Virus record (IMG/VR): IMGVR_UViG_3300020420_000646 | Location: 1 to 28,207 of that record | DNA length: 28,207 nt | Source of the DNA: a virus | Lineage: Duplodnaviria; Caudoviricetes | Reading direction: 5' to 3' (one strand) | In this document: one piece after another, positions 16,402-26,040 of the stretch | Position numbering within the stretch: position 1 is the first letter of the stretch | Layout of the letters: every line of letters begins with the position of its first letter | Translations under genes and position numbers: made by a program | The notes under the pieces: model-generated | The model's database searches: none | Told to the model about the DNA's origin: nothing | What the model saw: the letters and a program-made list of their open reading frames with translations, nothing else

Positions 16402-17418
16402 ATGAAAAAACGTATAGGCTTTGCCTGTAAATATATGCACCCAGACCAGACTCAGAAGAAAAAACTTCTTGAGGAAATACAACGTCCTTTGAATACACGT
16501 TGTACAACAGTCGCTTGGTTGAACAGACAAACCAAAGAAGTTGCAGAACAACGACTGTGGGATATTATGGTGCATAACATTCAATCATTTAAAAACTTGA
16601 TTGAATATGTAGGAGGATTACCAAATGAATTACGAATGGTTAGGTTGGGAAGTGACGTCCTACCTGTTTATACTCAGTCTGATTGGTCTTACTTCTGGCG
16701 CAAGCCTGATGTACGAGAATATTGTGAGACCAACTTCGCTCACGTCGGCGCAAAGGCTCGTGAACTTGATGTTAGGTTGTCTATGCACCCTGGTCAGTTT
16801 ACTGTACTTGCGTCAGATAATCCTGATATAGTAAATAGAAGTATAGAGGAGTTTGAATATCATGTTGACGTTGCAAGGTGGATGGGATACGGTAGACAAT
16901 ACCAAGACTTTAAAATCAATGTTCACATCTCAGGTAGGAAAGGTCCAGCCGGTATCATCGACGCATACCCAAGACTATCTCCGGAGGCGAGAAACACGAT
17001 TACGATCGAAAACGACGAAATGTCGTGGGGCATCGAAGCCAGTATTGAACTGCGTTCACGACTCGCCCTCGTTCTTGACATACACCATCACTGGGTTAAA
17101 ACGGGTGAATACATTAAACCGACCGACGATAGATTTTTACGCATAGTAGAAAGTTGGAGGGGTGTACGTCCTGTGATACATTATTCTGTATCACGAGAAG
17201 ATCTACTTGTAGGCCATGATGTTGATACATTGCCCAACATGGAAGAACTACTAGAACAAGGCTTTAAGAAGGCTAAACTACGTGCTCACAGTGATTATAT
17301 GTGGAATAATGCAGTAAATGACTGGGCAAGTACCTTTTGGGATCATGCAGACATTATGGTAGAAAGCAAGGCTAAAAATCTTGCGAGCCATACTTTGCTA
17401 GATACATTTACACGATAA
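16402..17418 (+). CDS. uvsE: UV damage endonuclease (UVDE/UvsE)
   Basis: IGFAC, RLGSD, RLSMHPGQFTVLAS, IENDE, LVLDIHHH, IHYS, RAHSDY, DIMVESKAK. Confidence 0.95.
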   Translation: MKKRIGFACKYMHPDQTQKKKLLEEIQRPLNTRCTTVAWLNRQTKEVAEQRLWDIMVHNIQSFKNLIEYVGGLPNELRMVRLGSDVLPVYTQSDWSYFWRKPDVREYCETNFAHVGAKARELDVRLSMHPGQFTVLASDNPDIVNRSIEEFEYHVDVARWMGYGRQYQDFKINVHISGRKGPAGIIDAYPRLSPEARNTITIENDEMSWGIEASIELRSRLALVLDIHHHWVKTGEYIKPTDDRFLRIVESWRGVRPVIHYSVSREDLLVGHDVDTLPNMEELLEQGFKKAKLRAHSDYMWNNAVNDWASTFWDHADIMVESKAKNLASHTLLDTFTR

Positions 17419-17421
17419 ATA
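17414..17421 (+). promoter_or_regulatory. T4-type late promoter
   Basis: GATAAATA overlapping the uvsE stop, 4 nt before ATG 17426. Confidence 0.6.
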
Positions 17422-17425
17422 CAGT

Positions 17426-17995
17426 ATGACCTATACCAATGATATGCGAGAGTATATTTCTCTCTTTGAATCTAAAAGAGAACAATCGTTAACACTTGAA
17501 AAATTGCCTTATGGTACGGATGAATTATCTCCTGTACTGTCTAAGGAAAATGTAGAATATCATTATAAGGTATTGTCAAAAGGTTATGTCGAAAGATACA
17601 ACAACAAAGAAGGCGATCCTGATTTTAATTATGGAGGCGCAAAGTTGCACAATCTATGGTGGACACAATTACGAAAACCTAGTGGAGCAAATTTACCAGT
17701 AGGACCTATTAAAGAATTTATTAATAGCAAATTTAAAGATTATAATAATTTTAAAGACGAAGTGCTATTAGCAGGAATGAAATTACAAGGTTCAGGTTGG
17801 ATTTATCTTTCAAAAAAAGGTGAAGTAAAGACTACACCGAATCAATCTTATAAAACAGATATAATGATGCCAATAGATATGTGGGAACATTCTTTTTCAG
17901 ATTATACCAAAGAAGGTAAGGAATGTAAGAAGAAGTATATCCAAAACATAATGCGTATTATCAATTGGGACATCATAAATCAAAGATTAGCATAA
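17426..17995 (+). CDS. sod: Fe/Mn superoxide dismutase
   Basis: LPY...LSP..S, EYHY, LHNLWW, QGSGW, IDMWEHS, INW; all four metal ligands (H, H, D, H) present; GG, QGSGW and NQ lean Mn-type. Confidence 0.88.
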   Translation: MTYTNDMREYISLFESKREQSLTLEKLPYGTDELSPVLSKENVEYHYKVLSKGYVERYNNKEGDPDFNYGGAKLHNLWWTQLRKPSGANLPVGPIKEFINSKFKDYNNFKDEVLLAGMKLQGSGWIYLSKKGEVKTTPNQSYKTDIMMPIDMWEHSFSDYTKEGKECKKKYIQNIMRIINWDIINQRLA

Positions 17996-18021
17996 ATTAA
18001 TATAGAATACGGAGAAGAAGA

Positions 18022-18240
18022 ATGTTTAATTGGATAAACAAAATTTTTGGTTCTAAACCTAAAGCAGTTAAAAAAGAAAAGCCTTTAGTATTAGTGCCAA
18101 GAAAAGCAGATCTAAAAAAGATGACTAAAAAGGCTTTGGAAGATCTAGGTAGAAAACATAAGATAGAATTGGATAGAAGGTTAACAAAAGATAAACTTGT
18201 TAACACTTTATACAAGCATATCAAAAGTTTAAACAACTAG
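18022..18240 (+). CDS. Small basic protein with Rho-N/HeH-like helical motif
   Basis: DLKKMTKKALEDLGRKHKIELDRRLTKDKLV resembles LxxxxxxELxxxAxxxxI...xKxxLI; GGAG SD. Confidence 0.6.
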   Translation: MFNWINKIFGSKPKAVKKEKPLVLVPRKADLKKMTKKALEDLGRKHKIELDRRLTKDKLVNTLYKHIKSLNN

Positions 18241-18250
18241 GAGAGATATA

Positions 18251-18424
18251 ATGGTAGACGGAATTAAAAATTGGGTATCAAAACGTTTTAATGAAAGAAC
18301 TTCATGGGACGGTGCGTTACTGATAGCGGTTGGAGTAATTGTTCTAATTGCAGGTCCATTTGCAAAACTGGCGGCTTACGCGGCTATTGGTTATGGTGCA
18401 TGGACTATTTGGAAGTCTGAATAA
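18251..18424 (+). CDS. 57-aa two-TM membrane protein, holin-like (not in ORF track)
   Basis: AGGAG SD; MVDGIKNWVSKRFNERTSWDGALLIAVGVIVLIAGPFAKLAAYAAIGYGAWTIWKSE; fills the gap exactly up to the convergent gene. Confidence 0.75.
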   Translation: MVDGIKNWVSKRFNERTSWDGALLIAVGVIVLIAGPFAKLAAYAAIGYGAWTIWKSE

Positions 18425-18712
18425 TTATAGAGTATCTATAGTTACAAGGGTGTCGATTGTAGAATCAAGTGTTTTACGTTTTTCGACACCCTTTTTTTGT
18501 GCAAATCTTTTCGGATCACAACTAGGACACACATGGTAATATGCGTTGTCTAGACGCTTAGGATCAACCTTACCTTTGTCTCGTTTGAATTCTTCTTTAC
18601 AATCATCACATTGAAATACTACAACGGTCCTCATACGTTTATACGTATGGTGTTTACCGCCTTTGCTACGGCGCATATAATACTTCACTTCCTGTTCAGT
18701 TCTTAAAAACAT
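18425..18712 (-). CDS. Zinc-ribbon protein
   Basis: CDDC and CPSC pairs; basic; TATAAATA on the minus strand 8 nt upstream. Confidence 0.7.
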   Translation of the reverse strand: MFLRTEQEVKYYMRRSKGGKHHTYKRMRTVVVFQCDDCKEEFKRDKGKVDPKRLDNAYYHVCPSCDPKRFAQKKGVEKRKTLDSTIDTLVTIDTL

Positions 18713-18720
18713 ACTATAAC

Positions 18721-18728
18721 TATTTATA
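18721..18728 (-). promoter_or_regulatory. T4-type late promoter
   Basis: TATTTATA on plus = TATAAATA on minus. Confidence 0.65.
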
Positions 18729-18752
18729 TTACATTCGGTTTGTAAAATAATA

Positions 18753-18760
18753 GATAAATA
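18753..18760 (+). promoter_or_regulatory. T4-type late promoter
   Basis: GATAAATA upstream of the GAGGA SD and ATG 18782. Confidence 0.6.
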
Positions 18761-18781
18761 ACTTTATTAAGAGGACAAATT

Positions 18782-19108
18782 ATGTCAACAATAGTTACTT
18801 TGACAGAATCAGCAAAGGAGCATATGGCTAGTATGCTACAAGAAAACAGTAAAAAAGCAGTTCGTCTAGCATTAAAAGGCGGTGGCTGTGCAGGATTCAA
18901 GTACGAATGGAGTCTTGAGGATACTATTGCTGGCGAAGATGAAGTAGTTGACTTTGATAAGGGTAAGTTTATTGTAGATCCTTCAAGTGTAATGTACTTG
19001 CTAGGTTCTGAAATAGATTATAAAAAAGAAGTGTTTGGTTCGTATTTTACAGTTTCGAATCCAGCCTCAACATCAAGTTGTGGATGCGGTGAGAGTATAG
19101 GATTTTAA
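18782..19108 (+). CDS. iscA: A-type Fe-S cluster carrier (HesB/IscA/ErpA family)
   Basis: VTLTESA, GGGCAGFKY, GSEIDY, NP....CGCGES; three conserved Cys. Confidence 0.93.
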   Translation: MSTIVTLTESAKEHMASMLQENSKKAVRLALKGGGCAGFKYEWSLEDTIAGEDEVVDFDKGKFIVDPSSVMYLLGSEIDYKKEVFGSYFTVSNPASTSSCGCGESIGF

Positions 19109-19111
19109 TAG

Positions 19112-22100
19112 ATGACAAAACAAGTAATTAATATCGGTGTTGAAGGGAATGATGCTTCGGGTGATAGTATCAGAGATGCGTTTAAGAAAGCGAATGAAAA
19201 CTTTACAGAACTATATGCAATTTTTGGTCAAGGCGGTGCTATTGGCTTTACTGCATTATCAGACACTCCAAGCACACTAGGACAAAATAAAGTTCCTGTT
19301 ACAGATGCCGCAGGCTCGGCCATCTTAATGAAAGATATTGTTGGTGGAGCAGGTATTGTTGTTGATAATACAAGCACAACACAACTTACAATTACAAACA
19401 CTGGATCAAGTGTAGTACAAGATTTATCACCAACACTTGGTGGACATATGAACGCACAAGGTTTATATGGTATTGCCAAGATTGCTCCAGTATCAGACGC
19501 AACTGCTACTGCAATAGGTAACACGCATTCAACTGCAATTACAATTGATGATTTAGTTATTGATAAAAAATTTGCTGACACAGAATATTTTGTAAAAGAT
19601 GAACCTGTAAGAATTAGAACAGAACCAGCAGACGGAACAGGATACACACTTACCATTGGTAGTTTCATAAATGGTAATCTAATTACTGTATCACATGGTT
19701 TTGATAATAGTGTAAACGGAACTTCATTTAGATATAATTCAACAGGCACTGACGCAACTAATTTAACATCAGGATTTACTTACTACGTAAGATTCATAAA
19801 CAATACAACTTTAAGTATTCACAGTACTGAAGCAGGTGCAAAAAATAATACTGCTAAAGTTAATGCACATGATGGTGTAAGTGGTATTCCAGCAGGAACA
19901 CATACAATTACTGACACTGAATATGATACTGCATTAACAGGACAATTTTTAGACAGCGAAGCACTACCTAGAAAATTTGTTACACGTAGAGATGGTGACA
20001 CAATGACTGGTGCACTTAACTTGCATGATCATCCAGGTGATTTAGCAGGAAAAGGTACACCGAATGGTGCTGATGATAAACAGGCGGCTACTAAATTTTA
20101 TGTTGATAATTCAACGTTTACTTCTAATGTAGATTTATTTGTATCAGGACAAGGTGACGATACACAGGCATTGACACCAGCAGGTAAAGAAGGTAGAAGT
20201 ATTAACTATGCATTCAAGAGTATTAACAAGGCGGCGGAGAAAGCACAAGAGATTATGTTTGCATCTCCAAAAGAGCCAGGTGCATACACACAAACAATTA
20301 CATTTAACAATGGCGCAAACAAATCAACAGTACAGTCAGGTACTATTATTACTGTAAACTCGTTGGCGGCTCCGGCAGTTGCATTATTAACTCCAAATAA
20401 AAATTTTGTACAAAAAGAAACAATTGGTTTCTTAAATGCTACGTATCCTGAATTAGTATATAATCAAACAAGATGTAAAACAGACTTGGGATTAATTATT
20501 GACGGTATGTTGTTAGACATACAAAATGATCAAAATGCTAACTTCCATGCTATACAATCTGGTGTAAGATATTTTAGTACGGTATCAGGACAGATAGCAA
20601 GAACAACACAAAGAACACAAACACTGGCGGCACTTAATCATGCTGAGAGTGTTATTAAAACACATATCCTTACAAACACAGCCGTAAATGCGGCATCAAC
20701 ATATCAAAATAGATTTGGTGTTAGACAAGCGAACCATAGTGCAAATACATTAGAAATAAATGCAGGTCAAAACAGTTATGTTCACACTTATGTAAGTGGC
20801 GGTACAGTTGAATTTAATTCTGTAACACACAATATTACAACTGCGGTATATGATAATGTAGGTGGTACTGTAAAAATTACTACTGCAACTCCACATGGTG
20901 CATCACCAGGTGACATTGTAAGAGTACAAAACATTTTATGGAACTGTTCTTTAGGAACTAAAACTTATCCAGAAGTTGTTACACAAACAACAGACAATAC
21001 GCAAACTGTTGATCCAAGTGTTATTACTGCATTTGGTAATAAGTTTACAGTCATTGAAAATATTATTACAAACGGCTACACTTCAATACCTACACTAGTT
21101 GAGGGAAGTACTTATAGATTAACATTTAGTTCAGGAGCAACGGCAGTTGACCAAGGTAAGGTTAACAACGTTGACATATTACCTGGTAAGATGGTTAGAG
21201 GTAAAACGTCTGGAGCATTAGGTAGAATTGTAAAATACACAAGACAATTTACAAGTGGTAACGATGCAGTTGAAGTAGTATTAGAAGAACCAATTACTTT
21301 TAGTAACGGTGAGGAACTAGAGTACGGTAACTTTACAAAACAAACACAAATTACTATTCATGTAGAAACAGGGCAATACTACGAAGATTATCCGATTAAA
21401 CTTCCTGCTAACTGTTCTATTAAAGGTTCAGACTTTAGACGTACAATTATTAGACCAGCAAAAAGAGTTTCACTGTCTCCTTGGAGAACAAGTTACTTCT
21501 ACAGAGATTACGAATTTGACGGCAATGAGTTAATACCTACAAATAATCCAAATGCAATTTCTTTCTTAAAAGCAAACAAAGAATACATTAAAGATGAAGC
21601 GGTTGCTTATGTTGATCAACAAGTGGCAACTAATGCAGGTATATGGAACGGCTTTAGTTACAGTAAACCTAATTATGAAAGAGACGTTGGTAGACTTATT
21701 GACGCACTACAATTAGATACGAAATATGGCGGTAATGCATCAGTAACAAAAAGATCAACTGCATATTGGGTTGGTACAACTAGTACACTAGCAGGTCCAC
21801 CAAACGAACAACAACAGTTTTCTGCAATGATCGATTATGTTAAGATTTTAATCAGAGATTATATTTTAACAAATACAGCATTTACAAGTTTACAAAGTGT
21901 TACAACACAAAGTATAGATTCAACTACTGCTGAGGCAGGTACCGCAACTTCTATCGCGGCATTAATGACAAATCATAGTACAGTTATTCTAAATGGTTTA
22001 TCACAATTAGATCCATTAAACGATCCACGTTATGGTTATCATTATCTAACAGATCCAACAAATCCTTCAAGTACTGCTAAGAACAACACTGAGATGGATG

Positions 22101-25100
22101 TGTTCTTAATGAATGATGCCAACAGAATTATGAACGTGTCAATTCAAGGACACGGAGGTTTTGCACAGGTACTTGATTCAGAAGGACAAATTTTAATTAA
22201 ATCACCTTACGTACAGGTTGCATCATCGTTCAGTGCAAGTGCTAATAAAAAAGCATTTAGAGGTGGAATGTATATTGATGCCTTTGTTGCAAATTTACCA
22301 GCAACGGTTGTAAGTAAGACAGATGCATTTACACTCAACGTTTCAAGTTCTACAGGCACAGGATTATTTAGACGTAAACCAGAAACTCCTGCACCATTCT
22401 ATATTGATGGTATTAGATATCAAATTGATGCAGTTATAAATTATAATGGTCCGGCTGGTACGGCAACATTGTTACTTAACCCTAGTTCAAATAGTGGTAA
22501 TGGATTTGTATTACCTGACAACACTGACATTGTCATACAAACTGCTGGTAACAGAAGTATGTTGGCAAATGACTATACACAGGTTAACGATTTAGGTTAT
22601 GGTATCGTTGTTAACAATGGTGCATTATCAGAACAAGTATCTACGTTCACATATTACAACCACGTTGCTTATTATGTTAACAATGGTTCAAGTATTAGAT
22701 CATTAAACGGATCAAACAGTAATGGTGACTTTGGACTTGTATCAGCAGGTTCAGATCCAAACGAATTAGTTGACGAGATTACACTTGTTAAAAACATGGT
22801 TCAAACTGCAAGAGTTTTTGACAACGGAAGTACTTTTGTTAACACAGTAAACAAAAATAAAGTTTACATATACGATTACACAGACTTACCTCTTAACGTT
22901 TCTGAACTTGAAGTTGACCATGGTGGTTCAGTAGGTATTATTAGATACGAAATTAATAGTATTCAAAGCACAACTGCTCCTGCTCAATCAGCCACAAATG
23001 CAAGTAAGAGCGGAACAGTTATACAATTAAACATCGGCGGTACTGATGGATTACAACAGGCGTTGGCAAATGGTGATAAGGTAACTATTAGAGCATTACA
23101 AAATTTTGAATTTGCTAACTTAATTGATGACGTACCAACAAGACCTTCAACTGCAATTATATTTGATGAAAACGAAGACTTTACATACAGAAGTATTGCA
23201 TTTGGTAAAACAGATAGTTTAGGTGGATCAGTTCCGGCAGGAAATAGTGTTATTACATTTGATGCAAGTTATGATTATGTAAGAGTAATTGTTGCAAACA
23301 CAGAAGCGGCACTCAACACTTATGCAGGTGCTGGTGGTACTACAATGGGTGCAACGGCAGGTGATGATGTAATTGCTATTGCAAGACTTAACGAACAAAA
23401 AGATATTGACAGACTTAACAACGGTGATATGTTATTTGCACACGCAGGTAAACTACACAAAATTAACAACTACATTGATAGAGGTTCTTATGCAACCATT
23501 AGTATCACAGATATTGCTGACGGTGATGTAAGTGGAACGGGACAGACAGGACTAGCGACATCAGTAGTTCAAACAAATGCAATTACACTTAGAGTAGGAT
23601 TGGCGGCAAGTGAAAATGCTACATTAACAGTAAGTATTTCAACTTGTAGAGCAACAGGACATGACTTTAATCAAATTGGTACAGGTGGATTTAATACATC
23701 TAACTATCCAAGTGTAATTTACGGTGACCCACAAAGTCCTATACAAGCAAATGAAATTGATGAACGTGGCAAAGGTAGAGTATTCTATGTAAGTACAGAC
23801 CAAAATGGATTCTTTAGAGTAGGTAGGTTCTTTACAGTTGACCAAGGTACAGGACAAGTTACGTTCGCGGCAAGTATTGCCTTAAGTAACTTAGATGGTA
23901 TTGGATTTAAACGTGGTGTCGTTGTAACAGAATTTAGTTCAGACAGTTCAATGAGTGACGAAGCGTCTGACTCAGTACCAACTGAAGAAGCAGTAGTTGG
24001 ATACGTAAATGCAAGATTAGGCTTTGATAAAAATGGAGCGGCAGTAACACCGTTGATAGGTCCAGGTGCACTAGCACTAGACGGAACTACTTCACCAACT
24101 GCAACAATTAGTTTTGGTTCTCAAAGACTATCTAATCTAAGTGATCCGTCAGTGGCAAGTGATGCCGCAAACAAATCTTATGTAGATGCTAGAACACCAT
24201 TTGGCAATTCATTAATGTATGGAACTGGTACTAACGGTGCTAGAGTAACTAATGATATTATTGTATGGACAGGGTCGGCATGGGATACTGCTACGCCAAC
24301 AGGCACAGTAGGATTTACTTATGATGCCGCAACAAAATCAGTTGCAATGGATATTACAGACGGTAGCATTGAAAACGCAGATGTAAATGCTAACGCACAA
24401 ATATCACAAAGTAAACTTGCTATGCAGGCCGCTGGTACTAGAGCAAATGCAACAGGTATTGCACAAAGTAATTTAGGACTTGCAAGTTTTGATTCAGCAA
24501 CATTTACTTCAACAAGCGGTTGGATTGAAATTGATGCAGGTGGATTAAAATTAGATAGAATTAAAAATATTGCTGATAACCATATACTTGGAAGAAATGA
24601 TGGCGATAGTTCCGCATTAGGACCTATTACTGCTATTCCTTTCTCAACTATTGTTAATACAGGTGGTGACTTTACTACAACTGGACAAGCAAGTAAAATT
24701 GTTAAAACACATACAGATGGATCCATTGATGGACAAATTATTAGAGTAGATGGATTCCCAACTATTGATACATCAAGTTCAACTGTAAACTTTAAAACTC
24801 CAGGCACTGGAACATTTATGAGTGCTATTGGATCGACTGATGCTACAACAACTGTATCATTCCCAGGAAGTATAGATTTAGGAGCAGTAGGGGTAACAGA
24901 AAGTTACTTCCAAGCAAACTCTACTTACCTTAATACAAGCAGACTTGCTACTCCTTGGGTACTAACAAACTTCCTTGAAGCACAAAGTGAAAAAGATCAA
25001 CAAGGTACAGGTATTGGTTTAGGTGCTGGTACAGGTTACAGTAACGCAGATGAAGTAGCACTTGTATCAGGTGGTACAACGGTTGCTAAAGCAGTTACAA

Positions 25101-25591
25101 CAGGATTTAATCCAGGTGGACATCAAACACAAACACTAGGTACAAGTGGTACTGGTGAATGGTTAAGTGTTCATGCAGTTACATTTAGTGGACAAGCAAG
25201 TACGGCTCTTTATGCTGACTTGGCAGAGAACTATAAAGCAGATTCAAAATATGAGCCAGGTACAGTTTTAATATTTGGTGGTGACGAAGAAGTTACAACA
25301 ACACAACTTAAAGATGATACAAGAGTAGCAGGGGTTGTTTCAGAAAAACCAGGTTACTTAATGAACGACGGACTTAAAGGTGACAATGTAATTGCACTTG
25401 CACTTCAAGGTAGAGTTCCAGTTAAGGTAGTAGGAATTGTTAAAAAAGGTGACTTACTTGTATCAGCATCAACAAGAGGATTTGCTATATCAAACAATAG
25501 AGCAGGCGTTGGTACAGTAATTGGAAAAGCAATTAGTTCAAAAGACGATGCGGGTGCAGGCACAGTTGAAGTAGTAGTGGGTAGAGTATAA
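19112..25591 (+). CDS. Giant virion structural protein (baseplate/fibre; gp9/gp10-like N-terminus, peptidase G2-like C-terminus)
   Basis: KQVINIG...DASGDSIRDAFKKANENFTELY; TGQYYEDYPI...GSDFRRTII (beta-helix entry); two helical repeats; C-terminal YADLAENY...GRVPVKVVG..KKGDLLV. Confidence 0.8.
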   Translation: MTKQVINIGVEGNDASGDSIRDAFKKANENFTELYAIFGQGGAIGFTALSDTPSTLGQNKVPVTDAAGSAILMKDIVGGAGIVVDNTSTTQLTITNTGSSVVQDLSPTLGGHMNAQGLYGIAKIAPVSDATATAIGNTHSTAITIDDLVIDKKFADTEYFVKDEPVRIRTEPADGTGYTLTIGSFINGNLITVSHGFDNSVNGTSFRYNSTGTDATNLTSGFTYYVRFINNTTLSIHSTEAGAKNNTAKVNAHDGVSGIPAGTHTITDTEYDTALTGQFLDSEALPRKFVTRRDGDTMTGALNLHDHPGDLAGKGTPNGADDKQAATKFYVDNSTFTSNVDLFVSGQGDDTQALTPAGKEGRSINYAFKSINKAAEKAQEIMFASPKEPGAYTQTITFNNGANKSTVQSGTIITVNSLAAPAVALLTPNKNFVQKETIGFLNATYPELVYNQTRCKTDLGLIIDGMLLDIQNDQNANFHAIQSGVRYFSTVSGQIARTTQRTQTLAALNHAESVIKTHILTNTAVNAASTYQNRFGVRQANHSANTLEINAGQNSYVHTYVSGGTVEFNSVTHNITTAVYDNVGGTVKITTATPHGASPGDIVRVQNILWNCSLGTKTYPEVVTQTTDNTQTVDPSVITAFGNKFTVIENIITNGYTSIPTLVEGSTYRLTFSSGATAVDQGKVNNVDILPGKMVRGKTSGALGRIVKYTRQFTSGNDAVEVVLEEPITFSNGEELEYGNFTKQTQITIHVETGQYYEDYPIKLPANCSIKGSDFRRTIIRPAKRVSLSPWRTSYFYRDYEFDGNELIPTNNPNAISFLKANKEYIKDEAVAYVDQQVATNAGIWNGFSYSKPNYERDVGRLIDALQLDTKYGGNASVTKRSTAYWVGTTSTLAGPPNEQQQFSAMIDYVKILIRDYILTNTAFTSLQSVTTQSIDSTTAEAGTATSIAALMTNHSTVILNGLSQLDPLNDPRYGYHYLTDPTNPSSTAKNNTEMDVFLMNDANRIMNVSIQGHGGFAQVLDSEGQILIKSPYVQVASSFSASANKKAFRGGMYIDAFVANLPATVVSKTDAFTLNVSSSTGTGLFRRKPETPAPFYIDGIRYQIDAVINYNGPAGTATLLLNPSSNSGNGFVLPDNTDIVIQTAGNRSMLANDYTQVNDLGYGIVVNNGALSEQVSTFTYYNHVAYYVNNGSSIRSLNGSNSNGDFGLVSAGSDPNELVDEITLVKNMVQTARVFDNGSTFVNTVNKNKVYIYDYTDLPLNVSELEVDHGGSVGIIRYEINSIQSTTAPAQSATNASKSGTVIQLNIGGTDGLQQALANGDKVTIRALQNFEFANLIDDVPTRPSTAIIFDENEDFTYRSIAFGKTDSLGGSVPAGNSVITFDASYDYVRVIVANTEAALNTYAGAGGTTMGATAGDDVIAIARLNEQKDIDRLNNGDMLFAHAGKLHKINNYIDRGSYATISITDIADGDVSGTGQTGLATSVVQTNAITLRVGLAASENATLTVSISTCRATGHDFNQIGTGGFNTSNYPSVIYGDPQSPIQANEIDERGKGRVFYVSTDQNGFFRVGRFFTVDQGTGQVTFAASIALSNLDGIGFKRGVVVTEFSSDSSMSDEASDSVPTEEAVVGYVNARLGFDKNGAAVTPLIGPGALALDGTTSPTATISFGSQRLSNLSDPSVASDAANKSYVDARTPFGNSLMYGTGTNGARVTNDIIVWTGSAWDTATPTGTVGFTYDAATKSVAMDITDGSIENADVNANAQISQSKLAMQAAGTRANATGIAQSNLGLASFDSATFTSTSGWIEIDAGGLKLDRIKNIADNHILGRNDGDSSALGPITAIPFSTIVNTGGDFTTTGQASKIVKTHTDGSIDGQIIRVDGFPTIDTSSSTVNFKTPGTGTFMSAIGSTDATTTVSFPGSIDLGAVGVTESYFQANSTYLNTSRLATPWVLTNFLEAQSEKDQQGTGIGLGAGTGYSNADEVALVSGGTTVAKAVTTGFNPGGHQTQTLGTSGTGEWLSVHAVTFSGQASTALYADLAENYKADSKYEPGTVLIFGGDEEVTTTQLKDDTRVAGVVSEKPGYLMNDGLKGDNVIALALQGRVPVKVVGIVKKGDLLVSASTRGFAISNNRAGVGTVIGKAISSKDDAGAGTVEVVVGRV

Positions 25592-26019
25592 TGGCGCAAA
25601 AAAATATTAACATAGGTTCAAGTGCTAACAAGGGAGACGGTGATCCAATTAGAACCGCCTTTAGTAAGACCCAGGATAACTTTTCAGATTTATATACAAG
25701 ATTAGTAGTAGTTGAAGGACAAGTTGGTATTGCTAATCCAGGTGGTAATACAATACAACAAAGTATCATTGGAGATGTAATTGGTCAAGACTCTACTTTA
25801 ATTGTAGATTCAGCAACAAGTAATGTTACTGCAAATGTTATAACTGCAACTGCTATTACTGGTGATATTACTGGTTCAGTTTTTGCAGATGATTCAAGTT
25901 TATTAGTTGATGCAGTCAACAGTACAATACCAGGTTATGTAAAATTAACAACATTAAAATCAACAGTGGCGGCAAGTGTTGACTTTGCTGATTTTAAAAC
26001 AAGGATAGCGGCACTATAA
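25591..26019 (+). CDS. Small virion protein with gp9/gp10-like N-terminus
   Basis: QKNINIGSSANKGDGDPIRTAFSKTQDNFSDLY plus a GDITGSVFADDS repeat; TAATG coupling. Confidence 0.75.
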   Translation: MAQKNINIGSSANKGDGDPIRTAFSKTQDNFSDLYTRLVVVEGQVGIANPGGNTIQQSIIGDVIGQDSTLIVDSATSNVTANVITATAITGDITGSVFADDSSLLVDAVNSTIPGYVKLTTLKSTVAASVDFADFKTRIAAL

Positions 26020-26022
26020 ATA
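26015..26022 (+). promoter_or_regulatory. T4-type late promoter
   Basis: Exact TATAAATA overlapping the stop codon, upstream of ATG 26041. Confidence 0.7.
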
Positions 26023-26040
26023 TGTTAGTAGGAAAATACA

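Noticed and set aside
18348-18539. 63-aa plus ORF and the 17997..18236 minus ORF
   Set aside because: They overlap better-supported genes (57-aa membrane protein, Zn-ribbon, Rho-N-like protein).
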